64,000 nt of DNA from contig JACKFR010000001.1 of assembly GCA_020632375.1 (NCBI GenBank), forward strand, positions 21,106-85,105, given 5' to 3'. This DNA is from Candidatus Nomurabacteria bacterium (lineage in GTDB: Bacteria; Patescibacteriota; Dojkabacteria; SC72; JAHDCA01). The notes below the pieces were generated by a model that worked only from the letters and a program-made list of their open reading frames with translations, searched no databases and was not told the origin of the DNA. Positions 10,003 to 18,702 of the stretch are shown here, in pieces (position 1 is the first letter of the stretch; each line of letters begins with the position of its first letter). A program made the translations under genes and the position numbers.

Positions 10003-10239
10003 TTAGTCCATATAGCCAAGAGCTTCTAGTCGATCTTTCACCTTGTTTGCCTCTTCATCCGAGTATGAAGAGGTTCCTTTTCCGGCGCTTTTATTGATCT
10101 TCTTTAATATCTGCCGAATTATAGAGGTTACGTAGTCATCCGAACTCATCCCATCTTTTTTGTCTCTAAGATAACTTTGAAGTACCTCAAGCTCTTTTTC
10201 ACTTAGTTTTAACTCAATCTTCATTATTGGAAAATTCAA
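10003..10239 (-). CDS. Small hypothetical protein (possible ribbon-helix-helix; alternative start at 10224)
   Basis: A 78-aa ORF. MKIELKLSEKELEVLQSYL looks like a strand-helix N-terminus. It lies directly upstream of, and on the same strand as, the phosphodiesterase gene. Confidence 0.35.
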   Translation of the reverse strand: MNFPIMKIELKLSEKELEVLQSYLRDKKDGMSSDDYVTSIIRQILKKINKSAGKGTSSYSDEEANKVKDRLEALGYMD

Positions 10240-10253
10240 AATTAAATATTAGC

Positions 10254-10598
10254 TTACTTTTGCTTCCGATTCTGTGAACGTAGTATTACGAGTGTTACAG
10301 CTATTGCTACAGTCGAAATTATTAGTACATTGATTTCGTTAATTTTTACGCCTAAAAGGCTCAGGTTAAAAACTGCCAAAGGAATTACTGTGAGAGATAG
10401 TAGGCATGATATAAAGACTCTTTCAACTTTGTCGATTATGTCTCTCTTGAATAGAACTTTGCTTAGTAGGAACCCTGGCAAGAAGAAGACATAGGGAAGC
10501 AAAACAAGACCTCTTGTTTGCTTGAATACTAAGAGAATCGTTGTTAGGATTAATCCTGCAGTAAGAAAATACTTACTTCTTTTGTCGTTTAGATTCAT
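10254..10598 (-). CDS. Small membrane protein, resembling a DUF1616 N-terminal region
   Basis: Three or four TM helices. The pattern LLPYVFFLPGFLLSKVLF...VERVFISCLLSLTVIPL matches the conserved N-terminus I recall for DUF1616 membrane proteins. Confidence 0.4.
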   Translation of the reverse strand: MNLNDKRSKYFLTAGLILTTILLVFKQTRGLVLLPYVFFLPGFLLSKVLFKRDIIDKVERVFISCLLSLTVIPLAVFNLSLLGVKINEINVLIISTVAIAVTLVILRSQNRKQK

Positions 10599-10914
10599 TG
10601 ATTGAGTCTTTTATTGGATAAGTTATTATGACATAGAATAGAGCAGTAAGTAGTAGACAGAGTGCTAAAGCCTTTAATCCTGCACCTCTTGTTTTATATG
10701 CGATAAGAGCGATCCCAATAAACCCCATTCCCTTTGTCACTATTGTTAAGTGAAATTTTGTTTTGTATGCTTCTATCAAAAGAAGGATACCCATGGATAT
10801 GATATAAAGCTCTGTCGTTTTTTGTAGCAAAGTTTGGTCAATCAGATACATCCCTAGAAAAAATGCTTCAAGAATATGGATCAGGTTTTTAGGATTGAAA
10901 AGTTTCTCTTTCAT
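10573..10914 (-). CDS. Small polytopic membrane protein
   Basis: A 113-aa ORF with four hydrophobic helices. It overlaps the next gene by 26 nt, which suggests translational coupling. Confidence 0.4.
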   Translation of the reverse strand: MKEKLFNPKNLIHILEAFFLGMYLIDQTLLQKTTELYIISMGILLLIEAYKTKFHLTIVTKGMGFIGIALIAYKTRGAGLKALALCLLLTALFYVIITYPIKDSINESKRQKK

Positions 10915-10980
10915 CTTCTAATCTTTCTTATATACGACAAGAATTGTATACTTATTCCTAAAATAGCTCAACTAAACTAG

Positions 10981-12408
10981 GTGCTTTTGAATCAGAAAAC
11001 CAAAAAATTCCCTAAAATTTTAAACCCTATGACAATTTACGTCGTAGTCGTAGTCACCGTCGTTTTTACAATCTATTCAGCCATTGTACCTATTTTGCAG
11101 ACTCCAGACGAGTCTCCACATATTCGATATATTGAGTTTATTCTACAAAATCATAGACTACCTGGAAAAGAGGAATACAGTGATGGAAGAGTCCTCAACC
11201 AATCTTCTTTTCTAATCCAACTTAACCAATTACAACAATCACTGAAGATCGCACGCAATCCTAACTTTCATTTCCCTTTTGACTCTATAAAGACCCCTCC
11301 GACACAAGATATTCATCTGAGCTATATATTTAATCACCCCCCAGCATATTATCTTTATGCAATGCTGTTTTTCGGTTTCGGATGGCTTATAAGCAATGGC
11401 TTTGCGCTTATAGGGATCAAGCTTGCAAACTACTTCCTATTGCTTGTGAGTCTTTACTACAGCTATCAGGTTGGGAAACTTTTCTCAGATAAAAAAGATA
11501 CCCTGTTTCCATACGTTCTTGGGCTCTTGGTTACTTCATGGCCGATGTACCTTTTTTTATCGACAGGTGCAAATAACGATTTGCTTGTTGTTTCTGCTTC
11601 GTGCGGACTTTCTTTCTACTTGATTCGGGCAGAAAAGAGAGCTTCAATAAAAGTCAAAGATTTTTTAATGATCTGTATATTTCTGAGCATTGGAATTTTA
11701 ACAAAAGCGCAATTCTTTGTTTTTGTGCCAGTCGTCTTTTGGGTCATTCTAAAGTATTTTAAAACGCTCGAGGTAGGTAAAAACTACAAAAAGCTTATTC
11801 TGTCTTGTGTACCACTGTTTTTCCCCTTGTACTTCTACATAAGCCAGATCATTTTATATGGCCGAATTTTACCAACACCAAGAGATGTATCTTATGATAA
11901 GGCTCAAGCAGCAGTTTCTTGTCATGGTTACTCTCTTTTTCATTATGTAAAAGTATGGTTCTTTCCGAGGATTCCGATGATCGCTCAGAGTTTTATTGGA
12001 AACTTCGGCTGGCTTGACACAAAAGCTAGTAAAGAAACAATCTTAATTGTTTCCTTTGTCGTTTTACTTGGCTTAGGCGGCTTTCTTATTGGATTTCTGA
12101 CAAAGAAGAAATTTAGGTCTGAATTTAAACCTTTTGTCAGAGTTGTCGTTCCGATAGCATTACTTCTAGAAAGCTTTTATTCATTCTTGTTTTTTAGAGA
12201 ATATCTGCAGAGGTGCTATGTGTTTTTTCCAACTCAAGGGCGCTACTATTTCTTACTTTTACTACCGCTTTCGTTTGCTGTACTTGTTGGACTAAGAAAA
12301 CTACTGACACCATTAGGGGAAAAATACGCGTATATCATAATTATTACTTTAATCTGCCTACTTAATTTTTACTCAATTGCAATATTAATTCAACGATATT
12401 ATCTATAG
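10981..12408 (+). CDS. Polytopic membrane protein, DUF2142/GT-C-like glycosyltransferase candidate
   Basis: GTG start. About 12 TM helices, with a first periplasmic loop carrying PDESPHIRYIEF (the PDE..H motif typical of DUF2142/GT-C-like proteins). Confidence 0.5.
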   Translation: MLLNQKTKKFPKILNPMTIYVVVVVTVVFTIYSAIVPILQTPDESPHIRYIEFILQNHRLPGKEEYSDGRVLNQSSFLIQLNQLQQSLKIARNPNFHFPFDSIKTPPTQDIHLSYIFNHPPAYYLYAMLFFGFGWLISNGFALIGIKLANYFLLLVSLYYSYQVGKLFSDKKDTLFPYVLGLLVTSWPMYLFLSTGANNDLLVVSASCGLSFYLIRAEKRASIKVKDFLMICIFLSIGILTKAQFFVFVPVVFWVILKYFKTLEVGKNYKKLILSCVPLFFPLYFYISQIILYGRILPTPRDVSYDKAQAAVSCHGYSLFHYVKVWFFPRIPMIAQSFIGNFGWLDTKASKETILIVSFVVLLGLGGFLIGFLTKKKFRSEFKPFVRVVVPIALLLESFYSFLFFREYLQRCYVFFPTQGRYYFLLLLPLSFAVLVGLRKLLTPLGEKYAYIIIITLICLLNFYSIAILIQRYYL

Positions 12409-12986
12409 TGATAAAGAAAACCTTAATTACAGTTGTGTGCATACTGGTGGCAATATCTCCGTTAATTGGAATTTTTATTAAGCGTGAATATGATATCGAA
12501 CAGTTTTTCGTCCCTAACTCATTTAATTATGATGTGACACCGTTTGCTGAGCTGAATAAAAATCATTATTTAGTTCAGTCTTTTAAAGCTAGGGCGGACT
12601 CATTAACTGGAGTTGACCTTGTTTTAAGTCAAAGTCAGTCTCCGGTTGTTTACGAATTAATTGACCCTGAAACAAAAGAGATTATTCGTAGTGGAGAAAT
12701 TACTATGAAAGGCGAAGTGAGAGTAACTCGAATCAGATTTTCTCCAATAAGTCTTTCTCGAGATAGAAAATTTGAACTATTTCTTCAAGGTCAAACTGCC
12801 GAAGGACCGCATTTGGCATATTCTAATGGTGAAAAGGCTTGTAAACAATGCTCGCTAGCTGTTGACGGTGAAATAGTTGATGGCAATGCAAACCTTACTC
12901 CTGTTTATAAAGCTGATTCATTAATCGGTTTTACAAAAATTCTATTTCAAAGACTGAAATCTAATTTGAAAGTATATGCAAAATAG
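12408..12986 (+). CDS. Membrane-anchored hypothetical protein
   Basis: The GTG start overlaps the upstream TAG by 1 nt. One N-terminal TM helix is followed by a 160-aa soluble domain. I recognised no family. Confidence 0.4.
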   Translation: MIKKTLITVVCILVAISPLIGIFIKREYDIEQFFVPNSFNYDVTPFAELNKNHYLVQSFKARADSLTGVDLVLSQSQSPVVYELIDPETKEIIRSGEITMKGEVRVTRIRFSPISLSRDRKFELFLQGQTAEGPHLAYSNGEKACKQCSLAVDGEIVDGNANLTPVYKADSLIGFTKILFQRLKSNLKVYAK

Positions 12987-12988
12987 CA

Positions 12989-14206
12989 ATGGAAATAATC
13001 ATTGATGCTACAACAACTCAAGACATGGCTTATTCCGGCACGGGTCAATACACACATAATCTGATAAGTGCACTTGTCTCAGGATTTCCAAAAACTCAAT
13101 ATCGGCTTTTCATGTATGATACTCTCTCTTCTACATTAGAAGATTCGACTCTATTGAAAAAAAATAATGTTGTCGTTGAAAGAGTTGGTGAGTGCTTGCC
13201 AAGCTTTGCAAATACATTTACGTATCTAACCAGAATTGCCCCAAAGTTAAATCTCATTCTTTCCCAAGGCAAAAAAGTTGTTTATTTTGCGCCTTACTTC
13301 CAAAGAGGATTTCCAACTCTACCTATTCCTTCAGTTGTTTCGGTATTTGATTTTGCAATGCCAAAATTTAATTACTTCTCAAACAAAGGTCGTATAATGA
13401 ATTTCCTTCGAAAAAGAGAGTTCTGGTATCGAATGCATCAAACAACAAAAGCCTCTGCAGTAATAATGATTTCTGAGAGTACAAGAAGAGATTATATGGA
13501 TAGTTTTCCTAGATTCCCTCAGAAAAAATCAATTATTACACCTCTTGGAGTCGATCTGGAGATTCGCAATTCTAAAGATTTCGAAAAATATCTTCCAAGC
13601 GACTGGAAAAGAAAAGGCTATTTTATTTATTTAGGTGGAGGACTACAAAAAAATAAGAATTCTGAGGGCGTTGTTGAGGCATATGCCACATTTGTTAAGC
13701 TCGCTTCTAAGGCATCAAAATTAGAAAAAGTGCCTTATTTGGTTATTGCTGGAAAAATCTTTGAAGATCTGAAATCAGAGCAGTCAAGAAAACTACGAGC
13801 TTTGATTAAAAAACATAAAATCCATGATAAAGTAATCTTTACAGGGTTTTACTCGGACAAAGATAAATATCCTTTGCTAAAAAATTCAATTGCTTTTATA
13901 CACTTATCGCTATGTGAAGGATTTGGCTTAGCTGTGGTGGAAGCAATGAGGGCGAAGACCCCAGTGATAGTGCATGACGGTAGTAGCTATCCTGAAGTTG
14001 TCGGCGATTCAGGGATTCTTGTTGATGGCCTCAAACCAGAAGCGGTAGCAAACCAGATGTATAAAATCTTTTTAGACAAAAAGCTTAGAAATGATCTCGC
14101 AAGTAAAGTATATCAGCGCTCTTTGAGATTCACTTGGGACACAACAGCTCGTTTAACCCATGGTGTCCTCAAAAAAGTTTATAATGGTACATATCTTGTA
14201 AAATAA
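12989..14206 (+). CDS. GT4 family glycosyltransferase
   Basis: C-terminal GT-B signature: CEGFGLAVVEAMRAKTPVIVHDGSSYPEVVGDSGILV. Confidence 0.8.
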   Translation: MEIIIDATTTQDMAYSGTGQYTHNLISALVSGFPKTQYRLFMYDTLSSTLEDSTLLKKNNVVVERVGECLPSFANTFTYLTRIAPKLNLILSQGKKVVYFAPYFQRGFPTLPIPSVVSVFDFAMPKFNYFSNKGRIMNFLRKREFWYRMHQTTKASAVIMISESTRRDYMDSFPRFPQKKSIITPLGVDLEIRNSKDFEKYLPSDWKRKGYFIYLGGGLQKNKNSEGVVEAYATFVKLASKASKLEKVPYLVIAGKIFEDLKSEQSRKLRALIKKHKIHDKVIFTGFYSDKDKYPLLKNSIAFIHLSLCEGFGLAVVEAMRAKTPVIVHDGSSYPEVVGDSGILVDGLKPEAVANQMYKIFLDKKLRNDLASKVYQRSLRFTWDTTARLTHGVLKKVYNGTYLVK

Positions 14207-14208
14207 TA

Positions 14209-14706
14209 ATGGGAATCATTGGGGCGATAGTTTTAGGGATTATTGGTGCGGTTCTCGCTGTAGCGGGGATGATATTGACTCTAGCGAATCTTCCAGGAGT
14301 TTGGCTTGTATTTCTTTCGGTTGTAGTTGCAGCACTTGTCGATCGATTTGAAGTAATCCAACCACGTCTCCTTGTAATCTTCTTTTTCATAAGTCTTTTT
14401 GTAAGCCTCATCGATAATATTCTCGTCCCCTTCGGTGCAAAGAAAATGGGTGCTGGCAAATGGGGGATTCTCGGTGCTGTTACTGGTGCTGTCATTGGAC
14501 TTTTCCTTGGGAATCTTATTGGAGTAATAATTGGACCTTTTATTGGTGCGCTAATATTTGAACTTCTGATTGGGAAAAAGTCTCTCGATTTGGCTCTTAA
14601 AGCTGGATTTGGTACTTTCATAGGGTTTGTCTCTTCAGTTGTTCTAAAGTTTGGGCTTTCGGTTGCAATGATAGCTATAACCTTTGTAAAGCTTTTCAGG
14701 GGGTAG
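14209..14706 (+). CDS. DUF456-like small membrane protein
   Basis: A Gly-rich four-TM protein (GIIGAIVLGIIGAVLAVAGM..., GPFIGALIFE) of the size and style typical of DUF456. Confidence 0.5.
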   Translation: MGIIGAIVLGIIGAVLAVAGMILTLANLPGVWLVFLSVVVAALVDRFEVIQPRLLVIFFFISLFVSLIDNILVPFGAKKMGAGKWGILGAVTGAVIGLFLGNLIGVIIGPFIGALIFELLIGKKSLDLALKAGFGTFIGFVSSVVLKFGLSVAMIAITFVKLFRG

Positions 14707-15409
14707 TGTAGATCCAGACATCTCCGTTTAGATCCAGCAGTGCTGCTTTTTTTTGATCTGACGAAATCTCCGCATATACAAAGTTATTTACCTTCGGAAT
14801 CAGAAACAAGAGATTCCCCTGTTTTGTTATTTTCGTTTCTGTATCGCCAGATATCGTGAACGGGTTATTTATAGCCGGAACTTTATGTACTTCACCAGAG
14901 TCCAATGATACTGAAAAAAACTCTTCTGGGGCTCCATGATAGCTGTAAGTTGCCTCGATTACATCTAAGGTGCATGTTATGGGGCGTAAAGTCTCAAATG
15001 TTTTTACTTCTTTAATGACATTGGTAGGATTATTTAGGCTGACTACTCTGATTACTGTTGAGTCTTCTTCAGGAGAAGAAATAGTATAATTCTCCCAACT
15101 ACACTTAATTGTATTTCCTTCGAAATCTTTTCCGAGAATAAAGTTCTCCTCATTTGATTTCTGGTTTGTTTGAGTCAGTTTTCTTGATTCTATGTCATAT
15201 GAATATATGCTTGCCTTGTCGACAATAAATAGGTCTTTATTCCAGAAAAACTGACTTACAGATTTAAATTCGTGAGTGACCTGATAAAACTCCGGAGTAA
15301 CTATAAGTGACGGAGTCTTTTGTCCATCTAAATCGTAACTGACTGTTGCTATCGCAGCCATCAGCACGATATATGCAAGCAGAGAGGCCAGTATAAATTT
15401 CCATGACAT
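14696..15409 (-). CDS. Membrane-anchored or secreted hypothetical protein
   Basis: An N-terminal TM or signal helix (MSWKFILASLLAYIVLMAAIATV) followed by a beta-rich soluble region. It lies downstream of the M23 gene on the same strand. Confidence 0.4.
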   Translation of the reverse strand: MSWKFILASLLAYIVLMAAIATVSYDLDGQKTPSLIVTPEFYQVTHEFKSVSQFFWNKDLFIVDKASIYSYDIESRKLTQTNQKSNEENFILGKDFEGNTIKCSWENYTISSPEEDSTVIRVVSLNNPTNVIKEVKTFETLRPITCTLDVIEATYSYHGAPEEFFSVSLDSGEVHKVPAINNPFTISGDTETKITKQGNLLFLIPKVNNFVYAEISSDQKKAALLDLNGDVWIYTTP

Positions 15410-15431
15410 ATAGGTTTAAATTAAATTTATT

Positions 15432-18400
15432 TTATCTCCCAGGATGCGGGTTATTACCAGTAAGCCTTCCTGGATAACGATTTGCATTTAGAGTCGGAAT
15501 TTGTTTCCAGTCGACTGCAATCCACTTGGTCGGATCAACGCTGGACTGTTGCCAAGCCTCTTTTCGCAATTCGAAATGAAGGTGATAGCCGAGCGGTTGG
15601 CAGTTATATGCACCTGTATTGCCGCTAATTCCTAATAGCTGACCTTTTTTAACATGTTGTCCTGCTTTTAGTTTTTCGCCGTTTTTCTTTGCGTAACTTT
15701 TAAGATGGAAATACACGGAGAACATACCATTTTTATGTTTTATCTTGAGATAATTCCCGCCGCTATTACATTTCCCAAGATAACTATCCCAACCAATTGA
15801 AATAATCGTTCCATCTGCGGGTGCAATGATCTTTTCTTTGTATGCGCCGAAATCTATACCAGTGTGCATTGCTTGATATGCGGTTCTTCCATACCATTGA
15901 GTTACCCCAATGACTTTGCTTAATGGGAATCGAAAAGGCAGGTTTTTAATTTTGGATAGAGGTGTCTTACTCACCGCTGGCTTTTTTGCTTTTGACTCTG
16001 TTGAGATTTCTGTAAAGTCAATCCAACGTTTCGAGCTGAGTTTAATAGAAAAAATATTTTCAAAGTAAACAGCAACTGTTTTTTTTATAAAACTAGGCGG
16101 GACTTCAACTGTGGCAGTAAAAGTTTTGACTGAAGGTGTCTTCGTTTTTAATGTATTAAAGGGGTTTCCCCCCAGGACTGCCACAACATCCCCTGAAGTT
16201 TTTGCGATATATCTATTCCTTTTGTGATATTTCAGAACGCATCTAAATAGAGTTTTGGGCTTTAAAAGAGTTCTTTTTTGACACCTATAACTAGTTATCT
16301 CAACCTGAAGAAAAGGTAAGTATTCGCCTTCAACGGTTATTAAATATTTTCCTGAAGAGGTTTTATACGCTTTTGCTGATTTAATTAGTGGAGCTTTGAT
16401 TGTACATTTCCCCCTGAAAATCTTCCCTGTGTGCTCATTTAAGTCATACGTACATGTTCCACTTGTTTTAATTTTGGATAGTTTTCCTTCGTATCCATTG
16501 CCTACGCCAAGTTCGTCTTCCGGAGATAGGAATATTTCAGATTCAGATGGTTCACTTTTATTTCCCGCCTGGTCTTCAGTTACAACTTTCAGATCATACT
16601 CTTTTTGTGGTTCCCACTCTTCAACCACCAGTTTCTGATTTGATTCTTCTAGATCTATCTCATCGATAAGAGTTTCTCCGTCATAGACATATGCTTTTAT
16701 GGCTTCTTCATTTGTGATTTTTAGCTCAAGACTTTTATCATAATAATTAGGAGTGATCTCAATATCTGGTCGGAGAGGGGGCGACCAGTCAACAAAAAAG
16801 TTTAATGTTTCTTCTGTAGTGTTTCCTGCTGCATCACTATAAGTTAGCTGCAAGGAGTTTTGACCCTCGTGTTCGAGATTTATAGTGATCAATTTTTCGA
16901 TTTTTGCTTTAACAAGCTCTCCGTTTAAAGATATTTTCTGGAGCTCTTTCGGCTTCTTATCGAATTCAAGGGTTAGCTTGTGAGCATTGGTTGCATTATC
17001 AGTAAGCTCAGGGATATTCATGAGTGTAGGTATAGGCGCTGTATTGTCAACTACGATTTTTTGAGTATATGTTGCGATGGCATCTCCAGAGTTTTCTTCT
17101 GCTTTTATATAAACTAAATACTCACCTTCTTCTGATTCGATATCTGATGGCCAAGTCAAGCTGACGTTTCTGTCTGTAAATAATTGCTCAAAAACTCGCT
17201 CGCCGTTTAATTTTGATATTTGGATAATAATCTCTTTGAAATTATCTTCATTTACGTCAACCTCTATCTCTAATTGGTCTTGAATCCCGTCTTTTCCTCT
17301 TGGTGAGATATTTGTTGGCTCAATCAAAAGATTTTCAAACTGAGGCGGAATTGTGTCAATCACTGCACTTACTGCTTGAGACCACTCTGAAGCATTTCCC
17401 GCAAGATCAACAAGTTTTGCCTGAAAATATAGTAGCCCTTCTGGTAGGTTACTTATAACTGACTCGGGAAAAGTTGTTAATAATTCTGCATATTCTTCAA
17501 AACTTTCTTCTAGTGAGTATCTTACGATCAGTAGGGCTTCATCTTCTGTAGATTCAACAGAAAGATTCGCAATATTTTTGTCCGGCGGAATAAATAAATC
17601 TGAGATTGAGGGCCTTTCAGGAGAAGTTCTATCGATTATCAAAGTGTTTATATCTGAAATAGATATAATCCCATTGCTCCTTGCTTTAATAATCCAATAG
17701 TATACGCCTTCATCCAAATTTAAAGTTATATTGCTTTGCTCTTGCCAATCGCTCTGGTATATAAGCTGCTCAAGCTTATTATCTTTGTAAATCTCTACAA
17801 GATGTTCTCTATCTAGCGAATCACCCCATTCTATAAGGATATCTTGATTCTTTGTATATATTTCTTGATGCGTAGACGTTGGGATATCTATAAAGTCTTC
17901 GCTTAAATAGAATCGCAATCGAGGTCTCATTTCTGGCGTACATAAAGGCTCGACCAGCTGATAAACACATTCGAGAGAGAAAAACTTCCCACCTGGTAAG
18001 GCTTCATTCTCCATTAACAGTGCTAATCCGTTATCTGTTTGTCCTTTTTCTAGTTGAGACTTGATAATATCGCTTATATCTATAGCTATATTTCCTTCAT
18101 CTGTCTTTGTGACCTCGCTGGTACCTTCAAGATCAATAAGGCCAGGTTGGGTAGCCCAGGTTATAGCATCATCGAACCATTTAAATGTATCTACACCGTA
18201 AGGTTTAACGGTGTATGATGCAAGTGAGTTATTTGATATCTGATAGAGTATCAAATCAACAGAAGTAATATCTGCAAGCTCAATTGAATTCGCAGCAAGC
18301 TCCGGAAGTAAATATTTGAAATAAATTCGATGCTTTCCCTCATTGTTCTCGTCTGAATAGCCGAGTGTGAGATCTCTCTTTACATAGTATCCTTTGTATG

Positions 18401-18533
18401 GAGGGTTCTCGGGCGCATATGTATCTTGCCAAACTGTAATGTCAATATAGTTTTCCGAAGCAAGAATACTTTCTGGATAGATAAAAAGAATTAAAGCGAT
18501 AAAAAAGAACAAGGAGGATAAAATTTTAGTCAT
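15432..18533 (-). CDS. Giant secreted multidomain M23 metallopeptidase (DNRLRE-like N-domain, Ig-like repeats, C-terminal M23)
   Basis: Signal peptide; an N-domain with AITWATQPG and FFSLE...RPRLRFYL; three Ig-like modules ending in D/Q-AGN-x-SE; and a C-terminal M23 domain (HTGIDFGA, GNTGAY, GYHLHFELR). Confidence 0.85.
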   Translation of the reverse strand: MTKILSSLFFFIALILFIYPESILASENYIDITVWQDTYAPENPPYKGYYVKRDLTLGYSDENNEGKHRIYFKYLLPELAANSIELADITSVDLILYQISNNSLASYTVKPYGVDTFKWFDDAITWATQPGLIDLEGTSEVTKTDEGNIAIDISDIIKSQLEKGQTDNGLALLMENEALPGGKFFSLECVYQLVEPLCTPEMRPRLRFYLSEDFIDIPTSTHQEIYTKNQDILIEWGDSLDREHLVEIYKDNKLEQLIYQSDWQEQSNITLNLDEGVYYWIIKARSNGIISISDINTLIIDRTSPERPSISDLFIPPDKNIANLSVESTEDEALLIVRYSLEESFEEYAELLTTFPESVISNLPEGLLYFQAKLVDLAGNASEWSQAVSAVIDTIPPQFENLLIEPTNISPRGKDGIQDQLEIEVDVNEDNFKEIIIQISKLNGERVFEQLFTDRNVSLTWPSDIESEEGEYLVYIKAEENSGDAIATYTQKIVVDNTAPIPTLMNIPELTDNATNAHKLTLEFDKKPKELQKISLNGELVKAKIEKLITINLEHEGQNSLQLTYSDAAGNTTEETLNFFVDWSPPLRPDIEITPNYYDKSLELKITNEEAIKAYVYDGETLIDEIDLEESNQKLVVEEWEPQKEYDLKVVTEDQAGNKSEPSESEIFLSPEDELGVGNGYEGKLSKIKTSGTCTYDLNEHTGKIFRGKCTIKAPLIKSAKAYKTSSGKYLITVEGEYLPFLQVEITSYRCQKRTLLKPKTLFRCVLKYHKRNRYIAKTSGDVVAVLGGNPFNTLKTKTPSVKTFTATVEVPPSFIKKTVAVYFENIFSIKLSSKRWIDFTEISTESKAKKPAVSKTPLSKIKNLPFRFPLSKVIGVTQWYGRTAYQAMHTGIDFGAYKEKIIAPADGTIISIGWDSYLGKCNSGGNYLKIKHKNGMFSVYFHLKSYAKKNGEKLKAGQHVKKGQLLGISGNTGAYNCQPLGYHLHFELRKEAWQQSSVDPTKWIAVDWKQIPTLNANRYPGRLTGNNPHPGR

Positions 18534-18702
18534 CAGGATTCCGATTAATTTACCTGAGACAATTTTCTCTTATGATTCTTATATAAACTTGAAGTTTTTC
18601 TAACTATGTTCTGAAATTCTTCTAAAACTCCGTTAATAGCCTTTCACTAAATCTCATGCATGATATAATCACTCGTTAACGTTTATTCTACTGTATTACT
18701 TT

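Noticed and set aside
10003-10239. The C-terminal DRLEALGYMD motif of the 78-aa ORF resembles the LxxLGY tail I recall at the end of some sulfatase/AP-family proteins, which would suggest a split gene with the adjacent phosphodiesterase.
   Set aside because: The small ORF lies upstream of the phosphodiesterase, not downstream, so it cannot be a detached C-terminus. The resemblance also rests on an uncertain recollection of a short motif.
10254-10914. The two overlapping small membrane ORFs (113 aa and 114 aa) could be one frameshifted gene.
   Set aside because: The downstream ORF has its own ATG inside the last codons of the upstream one, which is a normal coupled-overlap arrangement. I have no homologue evidence for a fused form.
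14169-14621. A 150-aa ORF lies antisense to the DUF456 gene. Many similar antisense ORFs occur inside secA, copA, the M23 gene, tsaD and others.
   Set aside because: They lie entirely within well-supported genes on the opposite strand and translate to low-complexity, Arg/Ser/Thr/Pro-biased peptides with no motifs. They are typical shadow ORFs.
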